Shown: positions 11,691-25,339, counted from the first letter of the stretch. The stretch: 64,000 nucleotides of DNA from Klebsormidium nitens (GCA_000708835.1 DF237207.1:1-64000), one strand, 5' to 3'. The notes: generated by a model from the sequence alone, not told the origin. Program-made: numbers and translations.

Positions 11691-14036
11691 TCAAGCCGCG
11701 TGCTCCAATGCCTCCTGAAGTTGCAGGTCAAAGTGGAAGACACCTGATGCAAAGAACAGTTTGCCAATCAGCAACACGTGATGAGAAAGTTTCAGACCAA
11801 TAGAAGTTCAATTGATAGCAATGCGATTGACAAACCTCAGCTCAGATCCTGAACAGCCATTATCCAAACGATAGAGACTCCACATTCAGCACAGATAGCC
11901 TGTAGACGCGGTGCGCTTGCAGGCCTCACCGTGTCCCTTGCCCACTCTCCTCAGCTGCGAGACGTACTCCGACACCTGCTTGATGGCCTCCACCTGCACA
12001 CGCACACCACACGAGCGGTCATGCGCCTAGATTTCTACATTGCACCGCAGCCCTCAAGTTCACCGTCAATGTGGCGGTTGGCACTCTGACAACCTGTCCC
12101 CCCTGCTCCCTGATTCGCCCAGGCAAACCAGGTGCCCAGTGCAGGCAGCATGGATCACTCCGCCGATGTTCCGGAGGTGCGGGGTGGCCTGACCTGCTCC
12201 TCCAGGAAGTTGCCCTCGATGAAGTCGGTCATCTGCGGGTCGTCAGACTCCTCTGCCGTCTTGTGCAGCGCCAGCAGCTTCTCGTTGGTCAGCTTCTCCA
12301 GGCACAGCGCCAGCTCCATGGCTGCACACACACACCAACAGCTTCAGCGCGCGCTACACAGCACATGGCACACAGCACGAGCAAAGCACCGCCACCCTGC
12401 CGGCGCCATGCCGGCGTACACAAGGGCGAAGATGGTAGGGCCCAATTCAAGTGCACTTGCTTTGCGAATTGCCCTGTTGTTGCTGCTAGTCTGGAGGGGA
12501 CATCACACACCACCAATGGGGCCCAGCTCACCGTAAAGGGCATCCCCCTTGTCGCTGTGATCGTACTCCGTCTGCGGTGCCAGAATGGACTGCAGCTTCA
12601 CGCGGCCCCCCCGGATGTTCTGCGCAGACACACAGAGGCGACATGTTGCCCATGTGAGCCACTGCCTGCGGCACCTTCAAGGAACACATTGAACAACCAG
12701 CTTGCACACACAGCGCGCAGCCTCCTTGCACAAGGTAGCCTGGAGCCCCTCTTGCTGGGTGGACCTGCAGCCGTATGGGGCATGGGGCCGGCCAGCAGGC
12801 CCCCGCGCAGGGCGGCGGGCGTGCTGCACGTGCTCACCTGGTACTTGATGAACATCTCAGCATGCTCGCGCTCCTCCAGGGCGCTCTGCCGGAAGAACCT
12901 GCACCACCACCGCACATCAGCGCCATCCCAATTGGCGCATGCAATTGAAGACAAGACAGACACGCCGCACCAAGACTTGCCCACAGCAAGCCACTTGTTC
13001 AATCTGTCCAGCAGCATTTCCAGGCAGAAGGACCTGTACTTGCAGAAAATACTCACATTCAGATTGGAATTAGTGTAAAGGCAGCATCAACTTGATGCAG
13101 ATTATGGGTGGGGTTGGACAGTTTGACCCCCACGCAATCGCTGTCAATTTCTAAATGCTCGCAGGCGGTATAAGGATGCTCCCCTCTCTAGAACCCGGAG
13201 CAGCTAGGGTCGGAACTCACTTGGCAAGGCCGGGCAGGGCGACATTGTCCCGATCAAAGTAGGCGGCCAGGGCATGGTAGATATAGCTGTTGTTGTACTC
13301 CACGCTGCAGCACCAACAAAGAGCAGGCTCAACAGGCAGCCCAGGCGACGAACAGGGGCTTGGAGAATATCCCCAAAAAACTCCGCACAAAATGCAGAAC
13401 CATTACCATATTTTGAGGCGCGCAGCGGCTCTATGGATGCAGCTGCCTGAAAAAGGTTTCTGTCCTGCGCATAGCAGCGCTGCTACCAGCCATTGACAAA
13501 ACCGTTGCTTTTGCACCCTGAGATTTGAAGGCAGGGGGAGGTTGGAACTCAGATTTAATCAGGCGGACAGCAGAACTGAGCGAATGCCATGTGAAGCCAG
13601 GCGGGCGGGGCAAGCTGCTGGCAGCATGGCACATGCTTTTCGCAGGGTCAACGACAAGAGGTAGCTTGCAAGAGAGCTCCCCTCACTTGATTTGCTCATT
13701 AATCCCCGCCTCTGCCGCCTGCGAGAAGCGCTGCCGGGCAAACGACTCCTGCGATGTCTCGGGGACGCTCTTGACCAGGCCCTGCACCTCCTGGAATGGC
13801 TCAAACACCACGCCAGTCAGGGTGGCCTCCTTGCTCTCCACCTCCTGCGCCCGCACAGCGCTCGGCCGACGGGCCGGCAGTGGCGGCGTGGCATGCCCCC
13901 AGGAGACAGCACTAAAAGCAGGAACGAGGGGGGCAGTCGCTGCTGTGCCAGGGCGACAGTGTGACAACCTTGTGCTGCTGAATGGTGCCCCCAATTGGAC
14001 GGCGCTCCCAGAGAGCAATGCTGCGGATGCCGCCAT
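11691..14036 (-). CDS. FER: Plastid ferritin (7 exons)
   Basis: Transit and extension peptide ([12 protein letters not shown]), then EQIN|[28 protein letters not shown]|[20 protein letters not shown]|NIRGGRVKL...KGDALY|[17 protein letters not shown]...FLEEQ|[21 protein letters not shown]|[17 protein letters not shown]. All introns are GT-AG. Confidence 0.96.
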
Positions 14037-14464
14037 AGCTGATCTGAGCTTGTTCCGAGCTGCACAAATGTGATGACCGCTGCTTCAGCCTCTCGAGTGA
14101 TCACAGTGACAGTGACACAGCTGAGCACTGCATAGGATAGCGAGCACACCATCTGCCATTGGCATTGGCATGAACCTGGACTAAGCTGGACTCGAGTCTT
14201 TTCGGTCCCACTCAGATCGGGACATGGACAAAAATTCCGCCGTTTTGATTGGGCCGCGTGTCAAATCGACCACGTGTCGATCATAGACGGGGGTCCGAGT
14301 TGCGGGAAATTGAATCTGATGCAACGTCATTTGGACGTCACTTTTCGAATGTCAAGGGATCGGACGGCCACAGTGAACCCATTGCTGTATCGAACGGCCT
14401 TTGGGGGCCATTTGATATTCCTGATTTCGTCTTTTAAAAGCTATACCCTCTTTTATATCTAGAG

Positions 14465-14518
14465 CTCTTTTTTCCTCTTTTCTTCTCTTCGTTTCTCTTT
14501 TCTCTCTTCTTTTCCCCT
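14465..14518 (+). repeat. CT-rich low-complexity tract
   Basis: Near-pure pyrimidine run, preceded by TTTTATATCT. Confidence 0.7.
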
Positions 14519-14740
14519 GTACCTCTTGGCTGTGAGTGGGACCCCACCTGTGATATTTATCCTACGTAGCAACGTAGCTTCGAAACAGATGTCACGCGAA
14601 GATTCACACTACGTATGGCAACGGAGTGTTGACTAATAAAATAGGTATTCCAGTAATCCAGAAGCCCCCGGCATAGTCCGGGCAAACATACCAAATTAAA
14701 CCCCTTACTTAGGTACTATAAAGCATCCTTACCGGTATAG

Positions 14741-14792
14741 CGCTCCGCACCCATAACCACCCTAACCACCAAACCAAACCTAGGTACCCGTC
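14741..14792 (-). repeat. Dispersed repeat copy B (inverted relative to 7590-7647)
   Basis: CGCTCCGCACCC, CCACCCTAACCACCA and TACCCGTC are the reverse complements of the copy A blocks, in the same order. Confidence 0.55.
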
Positions 14793-15274
14793 CCCCGGTT
14801 GCCTACGTTTTGAACACTTCGTTAGGGAAAAACTGAATTGAGAGTCGGAATGGGTACAAAACTCAGCAAGAGGGAGGATTGATCTCCCACCGTCCATTGT
14901 TTCTGGCGCAAAATCTAGCCCTTCACGACCGTCCGTTCACTACCTTGTTTCCTTACAAAATTCAAATTCATTGACTCGAGTCCAAGGCTGCTGATCAACA
15001 GTGACATCAACAATGTCCGAGGCTGCAGGGCGCCCATGGGCCATTTGCAACTTGCAAGCGATGCCATGGATGGCTTTCACGGGTTCACCGAACACCATAC
15101 CGTATCCTTCAGGCCTCTCCAACTGGGGAATGTACCGTAGATGGTGAAGTTGAGGTGAAACTTGGCAATCTGGAGTTGCTGTAATTCATGGAGGGCATCG
15201 TCGTACTGCGTTGGTGAATACTGGAGAGCGGCACCAGTCATGTTCGTTTTGGCGGGAGGTCTTTGACAGGTCTG

Positions 15275-18200
15275 ATGGAACTTGGATCAGAACCACTCAG
15301 CAGCATGGAGTGGGCAAAGAAGGTGATGGAAGAAATGATGGATGCCACGGTGCATTCTGATGGCGTGGCTCCTGGCCTGTCTGGTCATGCCATTGAGGCT
15401 CTGGCCAGCATCTTTGGTGGACAGCTTACAGCAGGCACGATGAATGGAGATGGAGGTGTGAATGAACAGGATGCGCCGCCGGTGCCCAGCAGCCAGCTGA
15501 GCGAGCTGTGGGCAGGCCTGGCGGGAAGCTCCGGGCGGTTGAGCCAGCTGGTGTCGGGGCTGCGGCACCCCATGGAGGGCGGGGGGCCCGCAGGCCAGGG
15601 GGCTGCCGCAGCCTACTTGGGCATGCTTCTTGCCCCAGGCTGCCCGCTGTACAGCCTGTTTGACACACTGACTTTCCTGGCGCTGCTCAAATGCATACAG
15701 GAGGCGAGCAGAGAGGAAGCCAAGAGAGGTGAATGATGCTCCAGATTGTTTGCAGACACCAAATGGCACATTCTTGTATAGGTTTCAAGAACAAAAAAGC
15801 TACAAGAAGCAATAGGGCCGGCCACCGAGTGGGTCCCACTTCAGACAAAGCTTGGGGCCATATGGAGTGGAAAGGGTAAAACCATTAGGGACAACACAGT
15901 GCTGGCGCATAGAAGGTGTCTAGTTGCCCTTCCAATTCTCTGAGCAGATCTGGCTGCCAAAATGCTTTACCATTGCTTGTGTCGTCCAGCTGATGACGTC
16001 GCTGCTTCCAGAGCCTGGCAGCGACCTCACCTTTCCATCTGGTTGCTCCACAGACATTGGGAGTCGCACGGGGGAGATGTCAAAGAAAAAGGCCGGGAAG
16101 AGGCGAGGGGGAACCCGCGATGAGTCTGAGCCCTGCGATGCAAGCGAGCCTGCCCTGGATGACGTGGACACAGGAGGGAGTGCAACCTATGCTCCGAACC
16201 CCGGCCATGCGGCGAGGTTAGCAAGACGGCTGGTCACCGGAGACCTCCTGGTTGGCCTGACGAAGCTGCTCGGGAAGCTGCCCCTGGCCGATCAGCCAGA
16301 GGCCAGGAAAGTGCTCATTGACACACTAGCGGAAGCGGCCCGGGGCGGAGCCGCGGGTGGGGGCCAGCGTGCCACTGAAGTTGCGTACGCGGCGCTGCTC
16401 CGGCTCTTTGAGCTGGAGCATGGTGTGCCACTGGAGACAGGAGTGGCCATCATGCGGGCAGTGACGCCCAGTGTGCTGCTCGCTTATGAAAGCACAGGAG
16501 GGACGCCGGATACCGAGCAGCGGCCGGCGAGACGGGGGGACGAGCAGGGCAGGACGAGGGCAGGCGTGCGGGCCCGGGCGATTGCGTTTGTGTCCCAAGA
16601 TGTGCTGGAGTGGGCTAGGGCACAGGACGAGCAAGGGGGGCTTGACGGCAGCGGTCAGGGCGCGCAAGCGGACTGTCCTGAGAGTCCCATTGCTGGTCCG
16701 TCTGAGGGCGGTGGCCAAGCAAGGACCCAGGCGGCCCCACAGCAGCCAAGGAGTACGAGTGGGAAGGCCGTGCGTCTGGCAGTAGCAGCAATGCTGCGCC
16801 ACCTGTCGCTGAAAGCAGCAGATTTGAAAGCGGACGGCCGGGCCCTGGCAGTGGACGCAATTGGCTGCATTGCTGCACAGCTGGACAGTGGGGATCTGCA
16901 TAAGTTCGCAAAGTTTGTGCTCCGACTGTCAAGGTAAGCCCTCGTTGGGCGTGACTTTAGGTTGGAGCTACTGGCACGCTTGATGTCTTGATCTGTTCAG
17001 AAAAGTATCTGCTAACTCGGTCTTCGTTCTGTCAAGATTCGGCCTCAAGAGCCCCCACTGGCAAGCCGAAATTGGGCAACGGCCTTCTGAAAGCTTTGAC
17101 TTCTCTGGCGCCATCCTAGAACACAGCCGCATCATCTCCTTGCAGGAACGCCAAGGTGTCCTTGCGCCACTTTGCTGTGGACCTCGCCGTGGGCCTGCTC
17201 ACTCAGCTGGCGGACCCCTTCCACCATGACAGCCCCCTCCCCGCTGGCAGCCCCCCCCCTCCAGTTCCCCCTCCTGTCCCCCTCTGCCAATCTCGAAGCT
17301 TCGCCTGCCCCGTCCTGCTCCGCCCCCTGTGCTCCTGTGGCTTGGCCGTGGGGCGCCCTGTGCTTTGCTGCCCTGCTGCAGCGCTGCTCTGACAAGGCCC
17401 CCCAGGTGCGCTCGCGCGCCCTCACCAACCTGGCCACCGCCTGGGACCACGCCTGGGCCGAGCCGCGCCACCGGCCCTTCCTCCTGGACCTCCTGGGCCT
17501 GCACCCGCCACGAGAGGGGCCCCCGCAGGCAGCAGCCACCCCGCACTGGAACCCCTGGGGCGCAGTGGGGAGGAGCCCCAGCCCCCTCCCGGGGGACCTC
17601 TCCCCAGCAGCCTCCACCGCGCAGCCTGGCCCCGGGCCGTCCCCGCTGACCCCCGAGGCCGCGTACCGCAGCCTGGGCCCGCTGCTGCGGCGCAGGGCTG
17701 GCGACGGCAAGGCAGCCGTGCGGCGGGCGGCCCTGGGCCTGATGGAGCAGCTGGTGCGCGGCGCGGGGAGTGCGCCCCACCTGGGCGCCAGAGACGGGCC
17801 GCCCGAAACTCCGGCGCAGCCTCCTGGGGGCCGGGGCACGCCTGCGGGGAACAAGGTGGGGGCGTTCCCCACAGGTGCGGACCTGGCAGTGATGGAGGCG
17901 GCGTGCAGCGACCCCGCGCTGAGCGTGCGCAGGGCGGCCCTGGGGGCGATCTCTGCGGTGCTGCGACGCTGGCCGGGCAACGCCGCGGTGGCCAACGCGT
18001 GGGCGCAGGCCGTGCTGCCCATGGTGGCAGATACGGAGCAGAGCGTGCAGGTGAGGGGCGCACACGGCAACCGCACGAGACTGGGCCGCTGGCCTGAGAC
18101 GCAATGTTTTCCTGTGTGTCAGTGTTCTGGCCTGAATCAGTTTATGCAGGCCACCTTAAGTGTTGGAAAGACGTCCTTTCGAAAAGGGCGACGCAGCATG

Positions 18201-21200
18201 TCACGTTTTCCCCACCCAACTACTCCTTCGCAGTCAGCCTGACAAGCCTTATCCTTATGACTCCCTCTTTCCCCCTGTCGACTTAACTCTTCGCCCTCTG
18301 CCCCTGCCAGGAGCGCTGCCTCGACCTGTTTCAAAAGCTCGTGCTGGACCGCGTTGCCCAGGCGGGGCCCACCGTGGCTCCGCCCCAGGGCCCTGCCAGG
18401 GCGAGCGGGGAGCCTGGTGTGCCACGCGAGGTGATCACCGCCCTAGGCGCCTTATCCCACCGCGGCGGCCCTGCGCCGGCCTGCCTCACGCGTCTGTGCG
18501 GCCTGCTGGCCAAGAAGGGTCGCCTCCAGCCGGGCGTGGCGGCCGCGCTGCAGCGGGTCATCATTGTAGCCGAGCGGTGGGGCACCAGCCGGCCCCAGGC
18601 GCCACGCGGGGCCTGGCTCCTGCTGGCAGAGGCGGCGGCGCACACGCCGGGGGCGGTCTCGTGGGAGTTCCTTCAGAGCCGGTGGCGAAAGCTGGGGGAG
18701 AGCGAGGACGGGAGTAAGGGCGGCGAAACGGGGCGGAACTACGGCACAGCGGGGCAGGAACGGGGCGGGGCCAGCGCTTCAGCGGCGGTGGAGGACCGGG
18801 TGTGCCTCCTCCGGACGATTGTGCACGTGGCGGCATGCTTCCCCGAGGACGCTGCGGCCCGCCTCGCCTCCGCCCTGCTGGCGAAGCTGCACAACTTTGC
18901 GCTGCGGCCGTGCGACGTGGGCCCGCACGTGGACGCCCTCGTGGTCCTCTGCGCGCGCACTCCGGGCGGGCAGGCCCAGCTGCGGCACACCGCGGCCGGC
19001 CTGCTGGAGCGCGCAGCCGACCTACTGGCAGCCCACGTCCGGGCAGGAGCGGGCAGCGAAAGAGCGGCCCAGCCGGACGGTCCCCCTGTGCCCTACACAG
19101 CGCCTGACAGCAGTGCTGCGGTGCCGTCGGAGGCAACGGTGGAGACCGCCTTGTTCACGGTGGGCGCGCTGGTGCAGGCCGCCAGTGACGGCCCGCCGCC
19201 CCCCCGGCTGGTGACGCTGGTGCAGTCCCTGGTGGCGGCCCCGTCCTCGGGCCGGGCCGTGCCCCGCGTGGCGGCGCATGCCTGGGTGGCGCTGGGCAAG
19301 CTGTGCCTGGCGGACGAGCGGCTGGCCAAGCGCTGCATGCCGCTGCTGGTGCAGGTGAGGGGAGGCGGGCGAGGAAAGAGGCGAGACGACTCTGGGTGCT
19401 TTGAAGGAGACGGGATGAGAGTCAGGCACCGGACGCCAGGCCTGCCTGCGTCCTTATGCGTACCTCCCGCCGTGGTTCTTGTGTTGAACCACGGCATGTG
19501 GCTCTGGTGCAGGAGCTAGAGGGGGCTGCGTCTCCGGCGGTGCGCAACAACATCCTGGTGGCGCTAGCGGACCTCTGCGTCCGCTATACCGCGCTTGTCG
19601 ACAGGTCAGCCGCACCCCACGCTCGACCTCTCGACCACTGTCACGGCATCAGCCTTGCGAGGCCCTCAGGCTTGGCAGAGTGCCTTGAATTATCTATCTA
19701 GTCCGAGTTCCTTTCCCAGGTCTCTCGGAGCCCCCTTCTCCTCTGCCGTCTCTTCCTGACCCTGTTCCTTGTCTGTTGCGGCGCCAGCTGGGTGGGGCGG
19801 CTGGCGGTGTGTTTGCGCGACGCGTGCGAGGTGGTGCGGCGGCAGGCGCTGCTGCTGCTGGGCAGCCTGCTCCAGCGCGAGTACGTCAAGTGGCGCGGCC
19901 CGCTCTTCCACCGCGTCCTGCGCGCCCTCGTCGACGACTCGCCCGCCGTGCGCCGCCTCGCGCACTGCCTCTTCCACGACGTTCTTGCCGGTGAGCCGCA
20001 CCGGCAGCAGCACCGCAAACACGGCCGGTGCTCGGAATGGCAGGGCGCGACCGTGTCAAGGCGTCCCTAGCCGGCTCAGGCGTCCCCACTTCGCAGTTGA
20101 CCATAGGAGTATCTACAGCGTCAATCGCAATGGACATGTCACGGTCACCGCAACAAAGTTGAGCAGCAATCTGCATGGCTTTCCAACGGAACGGCTGCCG
20201 CACATCACCCTGCCATCGCCAGCTTCGCTCGCTTACTGGTGGGAGCTTTCTTGCAAACGTCGTTTGGCAAATGATTTGTGTTGCAGAATGAAGTAGCGGC
20301 CTTTCTGACGTGCACCAACACGGGCTGACTGGCTGGGCACCTGCACAATCGTTTTTCTCTTTGCCTGGCCGACTTGCACCTGGCTCCGTCGAGTTGAGCA
20401 ACAATCGTCGGCAGTCATGGCCTGATTCACTCTCGAAGGAACCTGCGGAAAGCGAGATGGACGTTCCTGCCAGCTTCGCCGCTGCTGCGCCGCTGAGCGC
20501 GATCTGCCTCCGACCGGTTGTTGAGGCCCGGCCGTGCGTGTGCGTGCAGCGAAGGCCCCGCTGCTGGCGTACACGCACTTCGTGGAGGCGCTCTCCGTGC
20601 TCAACGACTGCCCCGCGCTCCACTCCGACACCGTGCGCGCCGCCTCGCAGCGGGAGCGCGACCTCTTCTCCATCAAGTGAGCCGGCCAGCCTCGTGACAG
20701 CACCGCAGGACGCCTTAATTTCCTCCTCCACATGTCCGCCTGGTCTCTGCCTTCCTCGAGCCGTCTGCCCAGGCCTGGATTGTCTCACCTCACCAGGTGG
20801 CCTCCCGCTTCGTCTTTCCACCGTGGGCGGCTGTGCGCGTGACCCGCCGCTCTTGGTTGCTGCGTGCAGGGGCCTGGACGCGGGCGCGCAGGCGCAGCGC
20901 GTGGTCATCTACGACGCCCTCCTGGCGGCCATGGCGCCCGAGCACCGCTTCGCCACCACCGCCAAGCTCTGCGCCGAGGTCAGCGCCGCCGCCTCCCGCT
21001 CGTGGGCCACTGCACCTTACCTAACCAAAGGAATCTTTCCTGCGACAAACTCCTGAGGACTTTGCGTGTCGCTCTCCGCAACCCGTTCGCCTGAAATCGA
21101 TTTACACGTGCAGATCCTGGGCGGCGTGGCGGAGGGCGCGCTGGCCCTGCCTGCGTGCGCGGGCGTGCTGCTGGACGCGCTGACAGTGGTGGCCAGCAAG

Positions 21201-23958
21201 GCCATCCGCGCGGGGGCCAAGGGCCGCGCCGACGCCGACGACGACGCGCCCGACGACGGCGCGGGCGGGGCCGCGGCGGCTGCGGCGGCGGCCAAGGGAC
21301 GGCTGGTGTCGGCGGTGATGAAGAAGAACCTGATGGAGAACGTGGTGCCCATCCTGATCGAACTCAAGAGGTGCGGCTTTACTGCCCGGCACTGCCGAGG
21401 TAGTTCAGCAGCCCCCTCGGCACTGAATAACGTGTCGGACCATCCTCTAGGAGGCTGTGCACCGTCACGCTATGCTCGCGGTGTTGAGCTGTCGTTACAC
21501 AAACCTGACAGCTTGCCTGATGATTCTTACCCGTTTGAAGCTTCTGGAGTGGTCAAGGCGACAGGTTCCTTGAGCCGTGTGCGGGGCTACGGTGCGCGCA
21601 GGGTGCTGGAGGAGGCGCGCAGCCCGCTGCTGGGCCCGCTGATGGAGTGCATCCGCAGCCTGCTCAAGGAGTACAAGGCCGAGCTGGACGACATCTTCGC
21701 AGCGGACCGCCAGGTAGGCCGCCCCGCCGAACCGCACGGGCCACCGCTGAGGAGTGAAGCACTGCGTGGCTCCGGAGGCGCGAACAGCTTGAGACATCAT
21801 ACGCTTGCGGGATGGAAGCGGTCTGTGTGATTTCAATGCGTCGTAAGATGACTGGTGGGTTCCATTGCCTTGCCCGCAGTGTGTGCTCTTTCCATGCGGC
21901 CTCTCTCTGCTTCGCCAAGGAGGCTGCCGAGCGCGATCCCGCTCGTTGTCCCGTGAGCTCGGTCCTGGGCTGACCCGCCGTGTGTGCTGCGTGGCAGCTG
22001 GGCAAGGAGATTCTGTACGACATCCAGAAGCACGAGGCCGCCGCCAAGGCCGCTGCTGCCGCCGCCCGCCTGGCCACCCCCGCCACCGCCGCCACCCACC
22101 GGCAGGGCGCCCCGAGGACCGGCGGCGCAACTCCACGTGGCACCCCGACGACTCATCGCGGAGCAGTGTCGGGTCGGACAGTCGGCAGGAGGCCGGAGCA
22201 GCTGACCGCTCTTGAGTCGATTCGAAGGACCGGCGGCGCAGGCTCGGCTGGGGCCATGGGAAGGACACCTACCAGTCTGCATGGTGCACCGGTGCCCGCG
22301 CAAGTCGGGGAGGGGGCTGGCGGGGCCACATCAGCGGGAAGGCGCGACGGCGGGGGAGCGGAGCCCATGGCGAGCAGCCCCGCGGGCGCCGCCCCGCCAG
22401 CGGCAGGGCAAGACGAGGTAGCGCAACCCGCGGCGGAGCACCGGGATGAAGAACCGTCGTTCGAGTTCCAGCTGCCACAGCTCGATGTAGATCCCCCAAC
22501 GCCGCAACAGACACGGCGGCTGGCCGGCCTTTTTGACGGTTTGGCGGCTGATGCGGGCCACGTGCCCGAGGCAGGTATGCCGGGCAGAGGAGGGGGCCTC
22601 ACTGAAGAAGCGAGCTTCGAGAACGGTGGGCAGACCGGGAGCGGGGCCAGGGACACAGGGTGGCAGCCGGACCCCAGCAGCAGCACCCCCGTGCGCCCGG
22701 CAGCCTCATTCGCGGCGGCCTTCCTGAGCCCGCCCCTCCGCCCCGCCCGCACCCCACTTGCCCGCTCCACGTTAGCCACGCCCCTGCCCGGCGGGCGGCC
22801 CCAGCTGGGCACGCCTGCTGCGCGCACCCCCGCGGCCACGCCCGCGCCTGGCCCGGGCAGCAGCGGCCGGAGCCCCACCCTGGGGCTCGTGCTTCAGGAG
22901 GGGGCCGCGGCCACTCCCTCCCTGCGTACGCTCTCCGTGCCCCGGCTGCGGCCAGGGGCGTCCCGCTGGGCCGAGCGGCAGGCACGGGCAGCGGCCCCTG
23001 GAGAGGACGGGAGGGCGCAGCGGCCAGCGGCAGAGCGGCGCGCGGAGGGGAAGGCGCCGAAAGCTGGGGCGGGCGCGGAGCGGAAAGGCGGCGGCGAGGC
23101 GGCGGAGGAGCAGGAGAACAGGATGCCGCTGCCGTCGCCGCTGCCGGTCAGGGTATATGCGCCAGGGGCTGCAGAAGGTGGGGGGCGCGGCCAGCAAGCG
23201 GGGAAGGGGCGCCACGGGCGGATGTCTCACTGCCTCAATGATGTCACGTGTTGGTTGATGCTCCCAAGCTCATGATCGAAACGAATTCGGCATTCGTACA
23301 AATCGAGAATGCGCATCCTGTCACTTCGTGGGATCAAAGCCTGCAAATCACGAAAGGAAATACGCCTCGAAATGCTCCCCGTTTTGTGATCTCAAGCGTA
23401 ATCGAATCGGAGGCAATTCCTCACTGCTGACTGATCGAGTCCGGCAACGTCAATCCATGGGTTGCCTGCCCTTCCGCTCCGTGTCGCTCCTCACTGGCCC
23501 TTCCTCTGCTGCTCTACTCAGGTGGCAGGCCGGGCGGGGCGGCCGTGCTGCTCTTCTCGCCGGACCAGGCGCTGCCCCCCCTGCGGCAGTGGAACGTGCA
23601 GCTGCCCGACAGCCAGGTCAGCGCCGCAACGCCGCCTTCCGTCCGTCAGCCCTTCGCACGCTGCCTTGTCCTCTCCTAGTTGTGCAGCCGCTTAGCGGCA
23701 GCTGTCGCTCATGCTGGCTGCCTGGACTGGCCGCAGCGGGGTGGGGGCCTATGCGTGGTCGTCGCTCGGATGCACGGGTGCCGCAGATGAGAGTCTTTCC
23801 TGCATGAGCTTGCCCCTTGCTGCGTCCAGGAGACCACGAAGCGGCCGCACCGCACCCCCTCCAAGAGCCCGCTGGGCGCCCCTGCAGCGTCCTCGCCCTC
23901 CCCGACTGCCGTGCGGGACCTGCACAGCAACCGGCTCCGCACAGGGCTCGCACCCTGA
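15275..23958 (+). CDS. CAP-D3: Condensin II HEAT-repeat subunit D3 (multi-exon)
   Basis: N-terminal AAAYLGMLLAPGCPLYSLF, HEAT repeats (DKAPQVRSRAL, DGKAAVRRAAL, SDPALSVRRAAL), Cnd1 region (AWVALGKLCLADERLAKRC, SPAVRNNILVALADLCVRYTALVD, LRDACEVVRRQA...YVKWRG), KKNLMENVVPILIELK, and C-terminal FSPDQALPPLRQWNV. Exons include 15275-15728, 16054-16933, 17146-18050 and 18311-19354; stop TGA at 23956-23958. An upstream exon cannot be excluded. Confidence 0.92.
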
Positions 23959-25339
23959 GCCGGAACATGACCGCTCAAGAGAAAAGGGTGCCGCAGCTGA
24001 GACGAAGTCTTGATTGCCACTGTGCAACACACATGTGCTTGGTACACTACGTTTATTTAGTGGTCCGACTTATGCATACATGATGTGGACCTTTTCAGCT
24101 ATAAATGTTGGGTCTATTTGGTTTCTTTCCGTCCAGACCGAAACTAGAATTAAGCAGTGTGCATGAGCCTGCGCCTTGGTTACGCAAAGAATTAGTTACA
24201 GTCTAGAGCGACTTTAATGAGCACTCCTAACGCATGTACTTTCAAGTTCGAGATGGACGAACACATTTGCAGTATGGAGTTTCTTCCGCTCAATTGGATG
24301 ACTTCCCGGCCCGAAATCCGTCTGGGCCTATTATACGCTGGCACCTCTTCAACAAATGCTCAGTACCTTTAGTATTTGAGTACCTGTGCAGCCTATAGCA
24401 CAGCTTCGGGCCTGCGCACGAACTAATCATCCATATGGCTCGCACTTGGACTGGCAAAGATAGCAATCGCGTGCCGCATTGTCGATGAACACTGGCAAGC
24501 CAGCCATGCAGCTAAATGACAAATTATGCACATCCTTCTACGTATGCATGGTCCACACGTACACAACTGATGACTACTGCATGGTCACTGACGGCGTGAT
24601 CATACGTGCAACTTCTTGCACTTAGACATATGAATCGTCAGCAGTATATCTCTGATTTTATATCTAGCGATCGAGTGGTTTTCGGCATGCATGCCAGCTC
24701 TCGACCACATTCAATCAATAAAATATATATCTTCTACAGTAATCAATTGCTAGCCGTGAGCGTCAGGGCGGCCGGGCGGCTCACTTGCATGTGGCCACTG
24801 TTATTGCACTTCCCGTGCGGTCAGATGACTACTGCGTATACAAAGCTGGCTACATATCATGAAATGCAAGCATGCCGCGCGCACCTTTTGCGTGCAATAA
24901 GTCTGCCGCGCTTCTTCCGCTGCAGCAATGGGTAAGTACAGGGATTTTGACGGACGGACGACAGGTACATAGGGCCCTCGCCTGCAGAGACCGTAAAAGA
25001 GTGGTCAACATCCGGAATGAGAAGGCCGGAGCAAGCATGCCTGTATTGAGGTGATCTTTGCGAGTCTGAACGCGAGCTAAGCGATCGGCTGCCCGTGCTT
25101 CGATATTTTGGGGCCATGCTGCTGACGGCCCTGATGCGAACTCGTTTCAGGACGCTGAAGCTCGAAAGTCAGTTCTTCACTTGCAGAAGAGTTCTTAAAT
25201 TGCTCCCACCGCCCAGGAATGTGCCAGAGAGGGATGGCGGTACACGTGCGCCCACAATCTGATCTCAGAAGATCTGCTCTGCCATGGGTGCGATGCGCAG
25301 AGGCGTTCACTGTTCCCCACCCGGTGTGCGTGCCTCGCT

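Noticed and set aside
8216-14036. Functional photosynthesis/iron gene cluster (LHCB4 next to ferritin)
   Set aside because: The genes are convergent, the other neighbours are unrelated, and two genes give no evidence of clustering.
14037-14300. Iron-dependent regulatory sequence (IDRS) or animal-type IRE upstream of ferritin
   Set aside because: No convincing match seen. Only a generic G-box/ABRE (CACGTGTC, ~14270) is present.
15102-15109. GTATCCTT, a perfect U12 5' splice consensus upstream of CAP-D3
   Set aside because: No TCCTTRAC branch site at a suitable distance from a 3' site and no frame-restoring exon. Similar octamers at ~62933 and ~63435 are also outside gene context.
17132-23300. 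Many long overlapping or antisense ORFs in the CAP-D3 region (and similarly over NSF, LAP and MATE)
   Set aside because: Expected shadows of very GC-rich exons that are poor in stop codons. They are low-complexity R/P/A/G translations without motifs.
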